Shown: positions 1-10,786 of the stretch, piece after piece
How the letters are laid out: the number at the start of each line of letters is the position of its first letter
Position numbering within the stretch: the first letter of the stretch is position 1
Virus record (IMG/VR): IMGVR_UViG_3300042346_000645
Location: 1 to 57,763 of that record
Source: a virus
Lineage: Duplodnaviria; Caudoviricetes
Length of the DNA stretch: 57,763 nucleotides
Direction: 5' to 3' (one strand)
Notes under the pieces: generated by a model
What the model saw: the letters and a program-made list of their open reading frames with translations, nothing else
What the model was told of the DNA's origin: nothing
Database searches by the model: none
Made by a program: the position numbers and the translations under genes

Positions 1-127
1 TGTTGATCTTGCATTACCTTTTGAAGTATTTTTGCATACCCTACATCACCATACTGTGCAGTAAGTTCTTCAATAGAGGGAATTGGTCTATTTGCCTCAA
101 TTCTCATGTAATCTACAGGTATAGTTG
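1..127. repeat. Terminal overlap identical to 57637-57763 (circular assembly; also matches 57397-57523)
   Basis: Exact sequence identity; 127 bp is a typical assembler k-mer length. Confidence 0.9.
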
Positions 128-143
128 CCATTTTATTTTCCTA

Positions 144-2486
144 TTATCTATTTAGTTTTCTAGGGGTGTAATGAAGTACAACACCCGATAAATTATGTCC
201 TAAATCAATAGCCGTATTAGAAAAAACGACTAGCCCAATGTTTGTTCCACTTCCTTGTATGCGTATTTCTGGTTGGGAAACTATCTTCCCATCGTAATAA
301 AATTCATTCCAAATAGCTTCATCCCAGTAACCACCTGCACCTTGTAGTTCTTCATATTTAAGAAGATGGGTGGCGATACTTGGATCAGCATAAGAAAATT
401 CTGGATTAAAACGAATATATGAGTAACCTACGGTTGAAAGTTCAACTTCAAGTTTTCTAAATCGTTTAATTGCTGAGGGTGATTTTACATTATTAAACGC
501 TGTTCTGATATAGGCTTGAATAGGTTCGCCATCAAAAGATGATCCGGTATTAGCTACATAAACGTACCCATCTTCGTCACCAAGTAGAACAATATCTCGA
601 CCACTTGCGTCCTCACCGTTCCACGCATAACTCACATTAATCGGGTAAGTTAATTCTGAAAAATCATGACCGGTAGTTGCCGCGCCTGTTTGACTGGTGC
701 CTGCGCTCATTGTCATGATGATACCTGTACCATCATTTGCATAAAACCTTACTTGATTTTTGCTTTTATAAATAGCAGTGCCAACAATTTTTTCTCGGAA
801 ACGATCAATCACAGGTTGGATAGTTCGGCTAACGGTATCATGTTCAAATCCACCGAATACATAAGACGGTACAATACGAATAATTCCCTTGTCATCAAAT
901 GAATAAAGTGAACCAAGATTCATTAAGCCATAATGAATTGCGCCAATATCTGGGGAAATCAAATCTGCTTTATATAAATTACTCTGATTATCAATAGATA
1001 CTTGCCAAAAACTATCTCGACACGCAACAGCAAGAACCCCGCCGACAATTGGACTCATTCCTGTAATAGTATCCCCGAATTCTTGAACATCTTGAAAGCC
1101 TAAACTTGTTGTTCTAAAGTCATGAGGATTACCTACTGCTGAAAACAAAGCTGTTCCAAAATAAGATAATACAAGTTGTCCGTTTACCGCTGCAATAGTG
1201 GTTGGAGCGTCAATAGTGACTTGAGTTCTAATAGGAATGTAAACATCCCCGTCAAACTCAAAGGCACGATTTAATGAATCTGCACCATATAGTTTTTTAC
1301 CATCAGACGCGGCTGAAAAGTTATGTTGAACAAATTGATAATTACCGCCTTGCAAAATAGTAATTTGAGTAATAGGATTAGTAGCCACACTGTCCACAAC
1401 AGCTATATCAATAATACCTACTCGAATAGTATCAGCGGCATTATTTGTCCATGTGCCTGTTACGTTTGTAACAATAAATCGTCCGGTATCGCTTCTCAAA
1501 TTAATTGGATCGGAATGAAGCGCCCATTGGCTATATGTGCCAGAGCCTGTTTTAGCAGTAATATTAATAACAATTTGATTAGTGCTATAAGAAGTGATTG
1601 TACCGTTCAAGTAGTTAGTTGGCGAAGCAATTGCAGTAATTAAAATTGCTTGACCTGCAACGTAGGCTTTTCCGGTTTGCGTAGTAAAAGTATGTGAGCC
1701 TAATCCCATTGTATTTGTAGAATCACTGGTGGCATCCAAATCATCTAAACTTTGCGATGTTTCAATTACTTGGCGCTTAACAGTTGCCGTTGCGCCAGAA
1801 TTCTTTTGATTAATAACAACGCCATCAAGAACATCTAATATGCAACTTTTAAAAGGTAGCGATTTGAATAAAGTAATTTGTTGCCATCCGGTAGAAGTAG
1901 ACTTCCAAATATCGACTGCCGTTCCTGCCGCGTTATCTCGAAAAGCATAAGCAACGCCTTTGTACATACAGACGCCGCGAAGCACCCCACTACCAGTTAC
2001 AGCAGTAATATCGGCACGATAATCATCCGCTACTAAGCCAAGTGCAGTAGCATGACCAATACCTGTAGGATGTCCGTCTTTGGAAGGCAGGATAGTTAAA
2101 GCGCCTTTTACAACACCACCGACTTTAAAGTTCTCAAGAACAAATGTTCCCGTCACTCTATCGATAATGAGATAAGTGGATTCAACCTGTAATACTTTGC
2201 CTGTAGCCGCGCTTGTAGCGCCTGTAATTGTTTGACCTACTGTGACTGCCGCTGAGAACGTGCAAGGGCAGTAGTAGTAACTCTGAGCGCTAGGAGAAGG
2301 TCTGCCGTCAAAACGCTCATAACCATCAATACGACGATAACCGCCGAGCGAATTACACTCATAATTATTGATCGAAATACATTTACCTGCATCAATAGTA
2401 AGAGGTGGCGATACCAAATCAAGACCACCGGCAAAACGCGAGTATTGCGTAAGGGTTTTAACATCCGGTAACGCATTCATTCTCAT
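144..2486 (-). CDS. Tail tubular/nozzle (stabilization) protein, podovirus-type
   Basis: Large beta-rich ORF downstream of the adaptor gene; C-terminal AYIRTAFN..KRFRKLEVE pattern; start placed at the ATGA overlap at 2486. Confidence 0.6.
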   Translation of the reverse strand: MRMNALPDVKTLTQYSRFAGGLDLVSPPLTIDAGKCISINNYECNSLGGYRRIDGYERFDGRPSPSAQSYYYCPCTFSAAVTVGQTITGATSAATGKVLQVESTYLIIDRVTGTFVLENFKVGGVVKGALTILPSKDGHPTGIGHATALGLVADDYRADITAVTGSGVLRGVCMYKGVAYAFRDNAAGTAVDIWKSTSTGWQQITLFKSLPFKSCILDVLDGVVINQKNSGATATVKRQVIETSQSLDDLDATSDSTNTMGLGSHTFTTQTGKAYVAGQAILITAIASPTNYLNGTITSYSTNQIVINITAKTGSGTYSQWALHSDPINLRSDTGRFIVTNVTGTWTNNAADTIRVGIIDIAVVDSVATNPITQITILQGGNYQFVQHNFSAASDGKKLYGADSLNRAFEFDGDVYIPIRTQVTIDAPTTIAAVNGQLVLSYFGTALFSAVGNPHDFRTTSLGFQDVQEFGDTITGMSPIVGGVLAVACRDSFWQVSIDNQSNLYKADLISPDIGAIHYGLMNLGSLYSFDDKGIIRIVPSYVFGGFEHDTVSRTIQPVIDRFREKIVGTAIYKSKNQVRFYANDGTGIIMTMSAGTSQTGAATTGHDFSELTYPINVSYAWNGEDASGRDIVLLGDEDGYVYVANTGSSFDGEPIQAYIRTAFNNVKSPSAIKRFRKLEVELSTVGYSYIRFNPEFSYADPSIATHLLKYEELQGAGGYWDEAIWNEFYYDGKIVSQPEIRIQGSGTNIGLVVFSNTAIDLGHNLSGVVLHYTPRKLNR

Positions 2487-3163
2487 GCGAGTTCTTCCGA
2501 AGCAGTGGGGACAGGACAATTAAACTGTTCAAGTTTAAAAAGTAATTTACGATATTCAATGTTACCGATGGCGTAAAGCTCTTGAGCATTAAGTTGTGTT
2601 GCAAAATACATCAATGCTCGCCAAACCACGATCATGTGAAAACGTGATTGGAATATAGGAGTATCGGTATCGTTTACTAAGACAGAAGGATTTTTATAAT
2701 ACTCGCCTTCTACCGTGTAAACATTATCTGGAATAGGATAAAACGTAAGGGAATTATCCGCAGGCTTTATTGTAAAATGTGTTGGGAATCCGGTTTGAAT
2801 ACGCGCATTCCCAAACATGAATAAATCTCTAAACTCATCCCATTCAACAGGTATTAAATATTGTTCACTGACAATACCATTTGCTGTCAAATAGATGCGC
2901 ATAGTTTCTGGCGACCATTCACTTAAATCCGTTAAACTGATAGCGGTTTCAGAATAATTATTTACACCGTTAATGGTATTGAATGACATATCTCCCCGTA
3001 GGAAATCCCAATTGGCGTGTTGTAATTGAATATCTGCATACGCAGTATTGATGTAATCAACAGCTTGTTTATATTCACCCTGTTGATTTGCCGTTGTGAT
3101 GAGTCCTGCACCAGAAATATCTGCTTCAGATAAAAGGCGATTAACGAGTTCAAGAAATGTCAT
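2483..3163 (-). CDS. Head-tail adaptor / tail tubular protein A
   Basis: MTFLELVNRLL..YINTAYADIQ..WDFL..GFPTHF..FYPIPD pattern; position after the capsid genes. Confidence 0.7.
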   Translation of the reverse strand: MTFLELVNRLLSEADISGAGLITTANQQGEYKQAVDYINTAYADIQLQHANWDFLRGDMSFNTINGVNNYSETAISLTDLSEWSPETMRIYLTANGIVSEQYLIPVEWDEFRDLFMFGNARIQTGFPTHFTIKPADNSLTFYPIPDNVYTVEGEYYKNPSVLVNDTDTPIFQSRFHMIVVWRALMYFATQLNAQELYAIGNIEYRKLLFKLEQFNCPVPTASEELA

Positions 3164-3189
3164 GGTTTAATTCCAGTACGGTTAATAAA

Positions 3190-3654
3190 TTATTGTGACA
3201 ATACAGTCGTCAACCATTGATATCCACGGGGATTAGGGTCTTTAATCACACTGAATGGATATTTTTGCGATGTGTTACGAGAAATCAAATTCACAGGATT
3301 TTCATCGTTAGTATTAGGCGCAATAGTAATGAAAGTATCTGATTTTGCTCTTGCTAAAACTTCGATATATTTACGAGCAACGGCAATAGGTTTTCCCACT
3401 TCAAGCCATTCAATACGACCATTAACAGCTACGTCAACAAAACGAGGCGCATATCTATCTGCTGAAGGCTCAATACGAATAGTAACTTTTTCTTCCATGA
3501 ACTGAAGCTCATCAAGATAATCTAAATCGATACCACTTGTTTCAACAATAATTTCTTCATTGTCACGAATATCAACAAGACTGTCTTCCAAATTAATGGT
3601 AGGTTTTGCTCTGCCGCGTACTTCTTCTGTATGTAATTCTTTTTGAATTGCCAT
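3190..3654 (-). CDS. Hypothetical virion-module protein
   Basis: 154-aa ORF with GGAG RBS in the head module. Confidence 0.6.
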   Translation of the reverse strand: MAIQKELHTEEVRGRAKPTINLEDSLVDIRDNEEIIVETSGIDLDYLDELQFMEEKVTIRIEPSADRYAPRFVDVAVNGRIEWLEVGKPIAVARKYIEVLARAKSDTFITIAPNTNDENPVNLISRNTSQKYPFSVIKDPNPRGYQWLTTVLSQ

Positions 3655-3673
3655 GATTAAACTCCAATAAACT

Positions 3674-3707
3674 AAAAAATAGCAGTGTGCCTAAAAGACA
3701 CACTGCC
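3674..3707 (-). terminator. Rho-independent terminator after the capsid/decoration genes
   Basis: GCAGTGTG/CACACTGC stem followed by a T-run on the minus strand. Confidence 0.65.
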
Positions 3708-3715
3708 GGTAACAC

Positions 3716-4234
3716 TTAACCCGATACGCGAACCGACAAGTTTTTACTTGCCAAAATCATCGCAGTGGTTGCATTTTGCGATAATTGAACTGTGCGCTCA
3801 CGAACTAAAATTGAGTTAGCAGAAACTAAGGTGCGAGTACCCGCAGCAACGGTTTTGATACATACGTTGTCATTAGTTACTGCTGTACCGCTACCTGCGC
3901 CTACACCAGTTGCTGTAAATGTTACACCAACAGTATTAGACGGTGCGCCGATTGCAACATAATCAGTTGAGCCAACTGTTGCAACTGTATAAACAGTACC
4001 TGCAACAAATGAACCAGCCGATACGGTAACAGTAACACCTTCGAACCATTCAAATTTAGAAAGGTCAGTAAAGTTTTCTACGCAAACGTAACGTGGCTTA
4101 CAGCCAATATCTAATTCAACATAATCCGCCGCAACAATAGTTGTTGCGTCAAATGATAAACGAATGAAAGTATCAAGTTGTGAATCTTCATCGTTTGTTT
4201 TACTGGTCACTACATAAGTTGTATTTTCAGCCAT
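3716..4234 (-). CDS. Putative capsid decoration/accessory protein
   Basis: Directly after MCP; T/G/V-rich beta composition; GAGGA RBS before MAENTT. Confidence 0.5.
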   Translation of the reverse strand: MAENTTYVVTSKTNDEDSQLDTFIRLSFDATTIVAADYVELDIGCKPRYVCVENFTDLSKFEWFEGVTVTVSAGSFVAGTVYTVATVGSTDYVAIGAPSNTVGVTFTATGVGAGSGTAVTNDNVCIKTVAAGTRTLVSANSILVRERTVQLSQNATTAMILASKNLSVRVSG

Positions 4235-4285
4235 TTCAAAATCCTCTGAGGAGTGCGCCAAGAGTTAACTTGGCGCAGATATTAA

Positions 4286-5344
4286 TTAAAGTGATTTAAC
4301 GCCGGTATAGCCTAAAGCCATCCATTGGTTGTTTTCAATCATCACACCTTTCCACCAGATTGAACCGGCATAACCACGTTGACCGTGTGGATCAGATTTA
4401 GTTTTTTCACCCGCTGGGATGAAAGTAGGTGACATTGATTCTTTACCGCGTAATGCAATTTGCGAGAACGCATCTTGAGCAAATACGAAATAAGGATATA
4501 CGTCAATGCTTGTGCCTAAAGTTGATTGGCAACCAGTTGAACCGATAGCCGCACCAGCGCTCAATTGAGCAGGTAAATCTGGTGAAGTAATGAAACGGAA
4601 ACGCTCAACGCGACCAATTTCATTTGGCATTGGAGTACCACTTGCGTATTGTGATGTTGGAATAAAGCCAGCAATATCACGCAAATCGGGTTCTAAGTCA
4701 GTGTGGCAAACAATCACATAACCGCTTTCAACAGGTTGAGTAGCGATATTTGGTGATGCTTTTAATGTGTTAGTTACAGGGCGAGCATGGTTAGCTTGCA
4801 TTGCTTTAGTGATTTTACGGATATTTGCTAATTTCAAATAGTCGTTAACTGTTGCAATAGAAGTACCTGTACCAGAGTAGAATACGTTAGTACACGCTTT
4901 TAAAGCACCGAATAGAATCATTTCGTTAACAAGCGCAACACGCTCACCAACTTGTTCCACCATTGCTTTAGGAATATCATCTTCGTACAAATCAGCCACT
5001 TTATCAGTGAAGCTGTATAAGCATGAGTATTGATTGATTACCGCAGTAATGTCTTGCGCTACAATAGTATCCGCTTGCGGTGTAACACCTTCTTGCGTTA
5101 AGTGTGCGTTAGCCATTGCCGCGCCACGATCACCAGATACGTTTTGGAAGAAGACATTTGGATTACCAGCAGTCGCGTTATAAGGAACATAACGACGTGC
5201 CACATAAGTTTCACTTTGGTTTTTAGGCAAAGAAATTTGACGACCTTGTTTTGCTAATACTTCTAGCGCAACAGCGTGTTTTAAAATCTCGCCTTTGAAT
5301 TTGTTAATTCTGGCGGGAGAAGTGTTATAACCTTGAATAGCCAT
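4286..5344 (-). CDS. Major capsid protein, N4-gp56 family
   Basis: LTQEGVTP, YSFTDK, CHTDLEPDLR, EIGRVERFRFI, KSDPHGQRG motifs. Confidence 0.9.
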   Translation of the reverse strand: MAIQGYNTSPARINKFKGEILKHAVALEVLAKQGRQISLPKNQSETYVARRYVPYNATAGNPNVFFQNVSGDRGAAMANAHLTQEGVTPQADTIVAQDITAVINQYSCLYSFTDKVADLYEDDIPKAMVEQVGERVALVNEMILFGALKACTNVFYSGTGTSIATVNDYLKLANIRKITKAMQANHARPVTNTLKASPNIATQPVESGYVIVCHTDLEPDLRDIAGFIPTSQYASGTPMPNEIGRVERFRFITSPDLPAQLSAGAAIGSTGCQSTLGTSIDVYPYFVFAQDAFSQIALRGKESMSPTFIPAGEKTKSDPHGQRGYAGSIWWKGVMIENNQWMALGYTGVKSL

Positions 5345-5353
5345 TTTAAAGCA

Positions 5354-5376
5354 TCCTTACGTCATCTCGACGTTAT
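5354..5376 (-). promoter_or_regulatory. Conserved late-gene leader hairpin (ACGTC-GAGAT-GACGT) abutting the MCP RBS
   Basis: 23-bp sequence identical to 51630-51652; variants at 9247-9283 and 26190-26202. Confidence 0.6.
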
Positions 5377-5390
5377 TAAATAAAAGTAAG

Positions 5391-6143
5391 TTAGTCTGTA
5401 TTAAACCCTGCTTCAAAATCATCTTCGTAATTTTCATCAAACCCACCTGTGCTTTTTGGCATAACTGCCGATTCAAGTCGTTGATTTTTCTTACTTTTTT
5501 GTTCTTGATACAAAGCCTTGTCACGTTTATAAGCGCTAATTGCAGCGGAAATAAAACCAGAATCCCATGTAGTATCAAGTCTATCTTGAATATCCGCAGG
5601 TAATTGGTTCTTCCAACCGTTGAAATCTTGTGATTGTGCAATCGATTCCCAATCGGGATGCTCTCTCGTCACCATCTTCATTTCAAAATTATTTTCTATT
5701 TGAGCGACCTTTTGCTGCAAAATGTAATCAATCTGATTTTGATCGATGCCACCACTTTGTTGCTGTAAAGGTATCTGCGATAAATCCCTAGCTAAAGCGT
5801 TTGCGAAATCTTCGCCAAATTCTTCTCGCATATTGGAAAACATCTCAGCAGTAACTTGGATAGGTTGAGCTTCTCTTGGTTGCGCGGACGATTGAGCCAG
5901 TGCTTCAAGACGCTTAACTTCTCGGTTAATCTCGCCAATTTTGCCAAATAATCTTTGGTTGTTTTGTTCAAACAATTCACGAATCTGTTCTTCAGAAAAC
6001 GATGGATTTTGTTCAATGATTTCTTGAATTACTTCTTCTTTGTGTTCGTTGGACGAATCTTCGCCGAACTCCTCAAAGCCATCAGCAAACGCATCATCAA
6101 TTTCTAATTCAATGCTTTCTTCTTGTACTTGTGATTCTTCCAT
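5391..6143 (-). CDS. Scaffolding protein
   Basis: Acidic coiled-coil protein immediately upstream of MCP; HPDWE..F..W motif. Confidence 0.7.
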   Translation of the reverse strand: MEESQVQEESIELEIDDAFADGFEEFGEDSSNEHKEEVIQEIIEQNPSFSEEQIRELFEQNNQRLFGKIGEINREVKRLEALAQSSAQPREAQPIQVTAEMFSNMREEFGEDFANALARDLSQIPLQQQSGGIDQNQIDYILQQKVAQIENNFEMKMVTREHPDWESIAQSQDFNGWKNQLPADIQDRLDTTWDSGFISAAISAYKRDKALYQEQKSKKNQRLESAVMPKSTGGFDENYEDDFEAGFNTD

Positions 6144-6213
6144 TTTTACTTCCTATGCTTTCGCATTTTAGTCGCAGGGCATTTGCTGTGCGAGTTACAA
6201 ATTGCAGGGGATA

Positions 6214-6405
6214 TTACTCGCCTACGGGTTTTTCTATAGACAGGAGATTCTTAATTTCAAGTATCTGCCCTCTAAGTCTATCTGTTACATCCTGTGATTG
6301 AGGATTATCATTCTTTCTACGCAATTCATCCAGTCTTGCAATATGATATTCTCTAATTGCAATCCATGTGGGAGAATTTGTATCTACTTTAGGTTTTTCG
6401 ATCAT
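6214..6405 (-). CDS. Small hypothetical head-module protein
   Basis: 63-aa ORF coupled to the upstream gene; LRGQILEIKNLL. Confidence 0.6.
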   Translation of the reverse strand: MIEKPKVDTNSPTWIAIREYHIARLDELRRKNDNPQSQDVTDRLRGQILEIKNLLSIEKPVGE

Positions 6406-6995
6406 TTACTACCTTCAACTGTAGTTCCATCTGGTAATAAAACATAAGTGCCTTTCTTTTCATAATTTGCAAAATATTCTGCTAATTTCTCTGGTGATGT
6501 ATTTTTTAAATTATGTTCCGAAGGAATAAAAAGATTTTGGTCTTTTCCACCACTTACCCATTTCCCACCTTTTTCAAATTCATTTGAATACTGACTTTGA
6601 TCTGAAAAAGTAATATGACTTGGCATTTTAAAAGTATCTGGATAATGGGCGTCCTCTCCTTCACGAGCTTTTATTTTACCTTCTTTTAACGCCTGTTCAT
6701 ATCCAGAGTAATCGTAATCTTTATTTGATGGGGGAGCTTGTTTTTCACCGACTGCTTCAGATACTAATTTCCCAACTTCTTTATTAGATATTTCATCTTT
6801 ATTTAAAATAGTTTCTAACGCAGCCTTTACTTCTTTTTTATCGGGAGTTTCTTCACCACTATAAGCATTACGTAAAAACATTATCGCACGTTCTTCATCA
6901 GTAGGTGGAGATTGCTTTTCTGGAGGACGAGTTACATATTCTTCCTCTTTGCCATAACCTTCTTTAAAATCTTTTTCAGTAGTATCTTCAGCCAT
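6402..6995 (-). CDS. Hypothetical protein
   Basis: 197-aa ORF packed directly after the portal gene. Confidence 0.6.
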   Translation of the reverse strand: MAEDTTEKDFKEGYGKEEEYVTRPPEKQSPPTDEERAIMFLRNAYSGEETPDKKEVKAALETILNKDEISNKEVGKLVSEAVGEKQAPPSNKDYDYSGYEQALKEGKIKAREGEDAHYPDTFKMPSHITFSDQSQYSNEFEKGGKWVSGGKDQNLFIPSEHNLKNTSPEKLAEYFANYEKKGTYVLLPDGTTVEGSK

Positions 6996-6997
6996 AA

Positions 6998-9217
6998 CTA
7001 TCTCTGATAAGCCTGTCCATTTGGCGCTCTACCTGCCGGTTCACTGGGAGGAGTTAACACCTGTTTAGATAATTGCGTTTGTACGTTTAATTTTTGAGCT
7101 GTTTGCGCTAATTGAGATTTGATTTCAGCAACACTGATTTGAGTCGATTGTGATAATTCCATAATCTTCATGTCGCGTTCCATCTGCTTCATTTGAATCT
7201 CATGTTGACGGTCAATTTCAGATTGTTGTGCTTTAAATTTCAACTCTTGCATAGCGAGCGTTTCTTTAACTTGCATCTCCGCCATATCAGTAGATTGCAA
7301 GAATTTCGCTTTATCCATCTCACCAGCAGCGCGAACTTTAGCCACTTCAATCTGACCTGCGACTTTGGGATCTTGTGGCGGATTTTGTTGAGCTTGCGCT
7401 TGCATCTGTTTAATTTCTTCTTCGCTAAATTTAAAGCGTTTACTATCAAGGCGTTGCGCTTTAAATGCTTCATCAATCCATTTAGCAGGATTGATTTGGA
7501 ACGCAGGGTTCATCACAAGAGCGCCTAATTGCATAATGGCTTGATGCTGTGCATCGCGCTCAAACAGAACTGTTGAGCCACGAGCTTCAATATTAAAGTC
7601 ACCTTTCAATTGCTCATCACCGTAAAGCATAATCCATTCATAGTAACGGGTAATGTGTGGAACAGTGACGCGATCATCAAAGTTACGAGCAATGTTTCTG
7701 CGAATAGTTCCTGCGTTATTCTGAAGCATGGTCATACCGCCAACAGTATCTGGCGCATTGCCTTGTTGACCTTGTAGCATCATCGGTAAGCCGGTAATGT
7801 CCTCAGCCATTTTCAGCGCGTACTGAATGATCGCCATCAAGTCCTGTGTGATGATAGGGATAATGATTGAGCTTATCGCGCCACGCGCATCTTGAATAGG
7901 GGAATCGGGTGATAATCTAAGTAACGCACCGCTACCCACTTCAACTAATCCACCATCAGCCGATTCAACCCCATCAGCAATAATTGTGGTCGGTCTACCA
8001 CCTTTACCTGCATTATCAAGTAAATTACGAGTAGCCGCGTTGATAATGCGTTGAGGTTCTCTTACTTGACGTGCAACACCGATACCTGTCCAAGTATCAC
8101 ACATGGGTTGCCACACCATTACATCGTAAGGAAACTCACCGCTTTCCAGTGGGTTCATGGTAGCTTTGATAACGCGATTATTGACAATGATAACCACAAC
8201 ATCATAAGTATCGCTATCACCACAAGTACAATCAGCAGCTTCAAGGTCATCCTTAGTAGCTTCACCATAGTAGTACCACACTTCAAATCTATCGCCAAAG
8301 TTAGTCTTATCACGTTTCTTTTCTAAATCGTCGTCAGCACCTTCTTTAAGGACTAAATCAATTTGAGAAGAAATGTAACCTTTTGCTTTGCGTAAATTAC
8401 GCAATTCTTTTTTCGTAATATAGTCACGTTCCCAAACAAAACTGCCACTGTGAATATCATCTCCACACGCAGGATCGGGATAAAAGTTCCTTACATCAAT
8501 GCGTTTTGATGCGGGGCGAATTTCAACAACCTTAACATCAGCAACACCTTCTGCTTGCATTTCACCTTGAGGTGTCGGCATTTGTTTTTGAAATAACTTA
8601 TGTACAGAGTTTTGCTCATCAATAATTGGATAACAGCCTTTAACAACACCTGTACCCAGAATAGCTGAATCTCGAAGCACTTTACGAACTTCACGATTCC
8701 AATGCGCTTCAACAAGCCAATCTTCGATTTGTTTTTGAGCTTCTTCTGCTTTTTTCTTTGCGTCTTGTTTAATGGTTTCTTCAAATTGCTCAACAGGCAT
8801 TTGCTGATTCTTATACATGACGACACCAACATCAACAGGTTTTACTTGCAGTAATTCCATTGTGGCAGGTTTAGGCGTTGGGCGAACTTCAAAATTTGCG
8901 TCATCAACTGGAAGGAGCATATCAGCAAGTGACATAGCAGCAATATCTGTGTATTGCTTGGTGATATTCATAAACACGTTTGAGCCAGTGCGCTTTCTAT
9001 TTACACGCGAATAGCCGCCACGATCTACAAGATTTTTGGTAATGGATGTACTGACTTCACCGCGATTGGCATCATCAATACCTTCATAATATTCACTATC
9101 TTGATCCCAAATTTCTTCTATGCCCGATTTCTTACGAGCTTGGATAGCCTTCTGTCTTTTGGACAAAAGTGCTTTTCCGAATCGGTCTAGTCTGTCAATT
9201 TTAGAATCGTCTATCAT
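6998..9217 (-). CDS. Portal protein
   Basis: 739 aa after TerL; AILGTGVVK, FYPDP, GIGVARQVREPQRIIN, TVGGMTML motifs of P22-like portals. Confidence 0.88.
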   Translation of the reverse strand: MIDDSKIDRLDRFGKALLSKRQKAIQARKKSGIEEIWDQDSEYYEGIDDANRGEVSTSITKNLVDRGGYSRVNRKRTGSNVFMNITKQYTDIAAMSLADMLLPVDDANFEVRPTPKPATMELLQVKPVDVGVVMYKNQQMPVEQFEETIKQDAKKKAEEAQKQIEDWLVEAHWNREVRKVLRDSAILGTGVVKGCYPIIDEQNSVHKLFQKQMPTPQGEMQAEGVADVKVVEIRPASKRIDVRNFYPDPACGDDIHSGSFVWERDYITKKELRNLRKAKGYISSQIDLVLKEGADDDLEKKRDKTNFGDRFEVWYYYGEATKDDLEAADCTCGDSDTYDVVVIIVNNRVIKATMNPLESGEFPYDVMVWQPMCDTWTGIGVARQVREPQRIINAATRNLLDNAGKGGRPTTIIADGVESADGGLVEVGSGALLRLSPDSPIQDARGAISSIIIPIITQDLMAIIQYALKMAEDITGLPMMLQGQQGNAPDTVGGMTMLQNNAGTIRRNIARNFDDRVTVPHITRYYEWIMLYGDEQLKGDFNIEARGSTVLFERDAQHQAIMQLGALVMNPAFQINPAKWIDEAFKAQRLDSKRFKFSEEEIKQMQAQAQQNPPQDPKVAGQIEVAKVRAAGEMDKAKFLQSTDMAEMQVKETLAMQELKFKAQQSEIDRQHEIQMKQMERDMKIMELSQSTQISVAEIKSQLAQTAQKLNVQTQLSKQVLTPPSEPAGRAPNGQAYQR

Positions 9218-9296
9218 CTCTTAGTTCCAGTTAAAGGAGTTTGCTCTGTCATCACGACATGGCGTAACATCATCTCGACGTTAATTATAAAGCATT

Positions 9297-9491
9297 TTAG
9301 ATAATTTCGTTAATAGTTGCTTTCGCAATATCAATGGCAGTATCTTGAGGGATTTCACGAATATTTTCAACGTGTTGTGCTGCACCTGCAATATCACCAT
9401 GTGACACGTCAGTAACTGCGCCTTGCGCTTCGTCAACAGCCTTTTTAGCGCTATCTGAAACCTTGTGAACCATATTATCAAAAAATGACAT
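9297..9491 (-). CDS. Small hypothetical protein
   Basis: ORF with GGAG RBS between TerL and portal. Confidence 0.5.
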   Translation of the reverse strand: MSFFDNMVHKVSDSAKKAVDEAQGAVTDVSHGDIAGAAQHVENIREIPQDTAIDIAKATINEII

Positions 9492-9508
9492 CGTTATCTC
9501 CAATTAAA

Positions 9509-10786
9509 TTAATATCCAACACCGCTATCATACGGTTGCCATCTTGGCGCAGCAACAGGAGCGCGTCTATCTTCATTGCTTAAACTCTCAGCATTGACTG
9601 CTAAATATCTAAAGGCATCTGCACTATGACTATAAGTATCATGGAGTGGTGCGCCTGCTTCATTTGTTCTTGGGTTGATACTTCGACGGTAACGCTTTAA
9701 ACATTCGAGCAATCGAATTGCGTGTACCTTATCGAAATAACATTGCGAAAACATTAAACGAGCCGCCTTAATTCCCGATTCAATTGGCATATTGGGCGTG
9801 ATCTTTACTTTACGTCCAAATGCTTTTAAAAGTTCTTCTGTACTTTTGCCGGTTTTAAAATCTTTAGTACGTCCGTCATGCGGCAAGTAATCATATCCCC
9901 AATTATACTTCTTACTATTCAATAGTCCAGCATAATAATCTAAGGTCTTGTGGTCATCCTCAATACTTTCGATAATGCGAATCTCACTTCGGACTTTTTG
10001 CACCAAAAGAATGGACATTGAGTCGTTCCAACCCAAATCCCAAATAGCATGAACTTTGAGTAATGGATCATAAGGTACATTACAAATTCTACCGTGCATC
10101 GTTGCAGCGTTAACTTCATTTGCATAAATCGCACCTGTGACCGCACTACGACATTTACCAAGCCAGATGTTATCATAATCCTCTGGGTTAGTTTCCATGC
10201 AATGTAGGCGCTCTGCTTCAAGCTCTTTAGGGAAATAAGGATTGTCACTAAAGTTCATTTCAACAACAGTTGCACTTGGCGCAGGATTAAGTACAAATCG
10301 CGTATAAGTATCATCCGTATCTAAATCTGGATTGAAACTCACCCAAATCTCAGAGTCATCTTTACGAATAGTGGGAATGAGAATATCCCAACTTTTTTTA
10401 CTTACGGTTTGCGCTTCCTCTACCCATACAATATCACAACCCTCAATAGACTTGATAGATTCAACTGTATGTTGCGCTAAACCGGCAAACATAAATAGTG
10501 AACCGTTCATACCACGAATCTCTGTTTCAAGAACAGTAAAGAATGCACCAAGTCCAAGTCGTTGAATTTGATCGGATAAAAGCAAATGCACCGATTGCTT
10601 GATACTCTTTTGAACTTCCCGTGTGCATAATACGCGCATGGGCTTTTGAGCCGCTAAAAGTATCAATGCTTGTGCAAAGTTATAACTTTTTCCAGACCCC
10701 CTTCCTCCGTGTGCTACTTTATATCGTTTCGGAGCAAACAAGAATTGAAGTTTCTCTGGGAAATGTACATCTAGGTTTTCAGCCAT
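9509..10786 (-). CDS. terL: Terminase large subunit (PBSX/Terminase_3-like)
   Basis: Walker A GGRGSGKS, Walker B WVEEA, SFNP, WDLGWND, SHSADAFRY nuclease motif. Confidence 0.95.
   Translation of the reverse strand: MAENLDVHFPEKLQFLFAPKRYKVAHGGRGSGKSYNFAQALILLAAQKPMRVLCTREVQKSIKQSVHLLLSDQIQRLGLGAFFTVLETEIRGMNGSLFMFAGLAQHTVESIKSIEGCDIVWVEEAQTVSKKSWDILIPTIRKDDSEIWVSFNPDLDTDDTYTRFVLNPAPSATVVEMNFSDNPYFPKELEAERLHCMETNPEDYDNIWLGKCRSAVTGAIYANEVNAATMHGRICNVPYDPLLKVHAIWDLGWNDSMSILLVQKVRSEIRIIESIEDDHKTLDYYAGLLNSKKYNWGYDYLPHDGRTKDFKTGKSTEELLKAFGRKVKITPNMPIESGIKAARLMFSQCYFDKVHAIRLLECLKRYRRSINPRTNEAGAPLHDTYSHSADAFRYLAVNAESLSNEDRRAPVAAPRWQPYDSGVGY

Noticed and set aside
1-127. Biological direct terminal repeat
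   Set aside because: The length equals a common k-mer and it falls inside a coding repeat; an assembly overlap is more likely.
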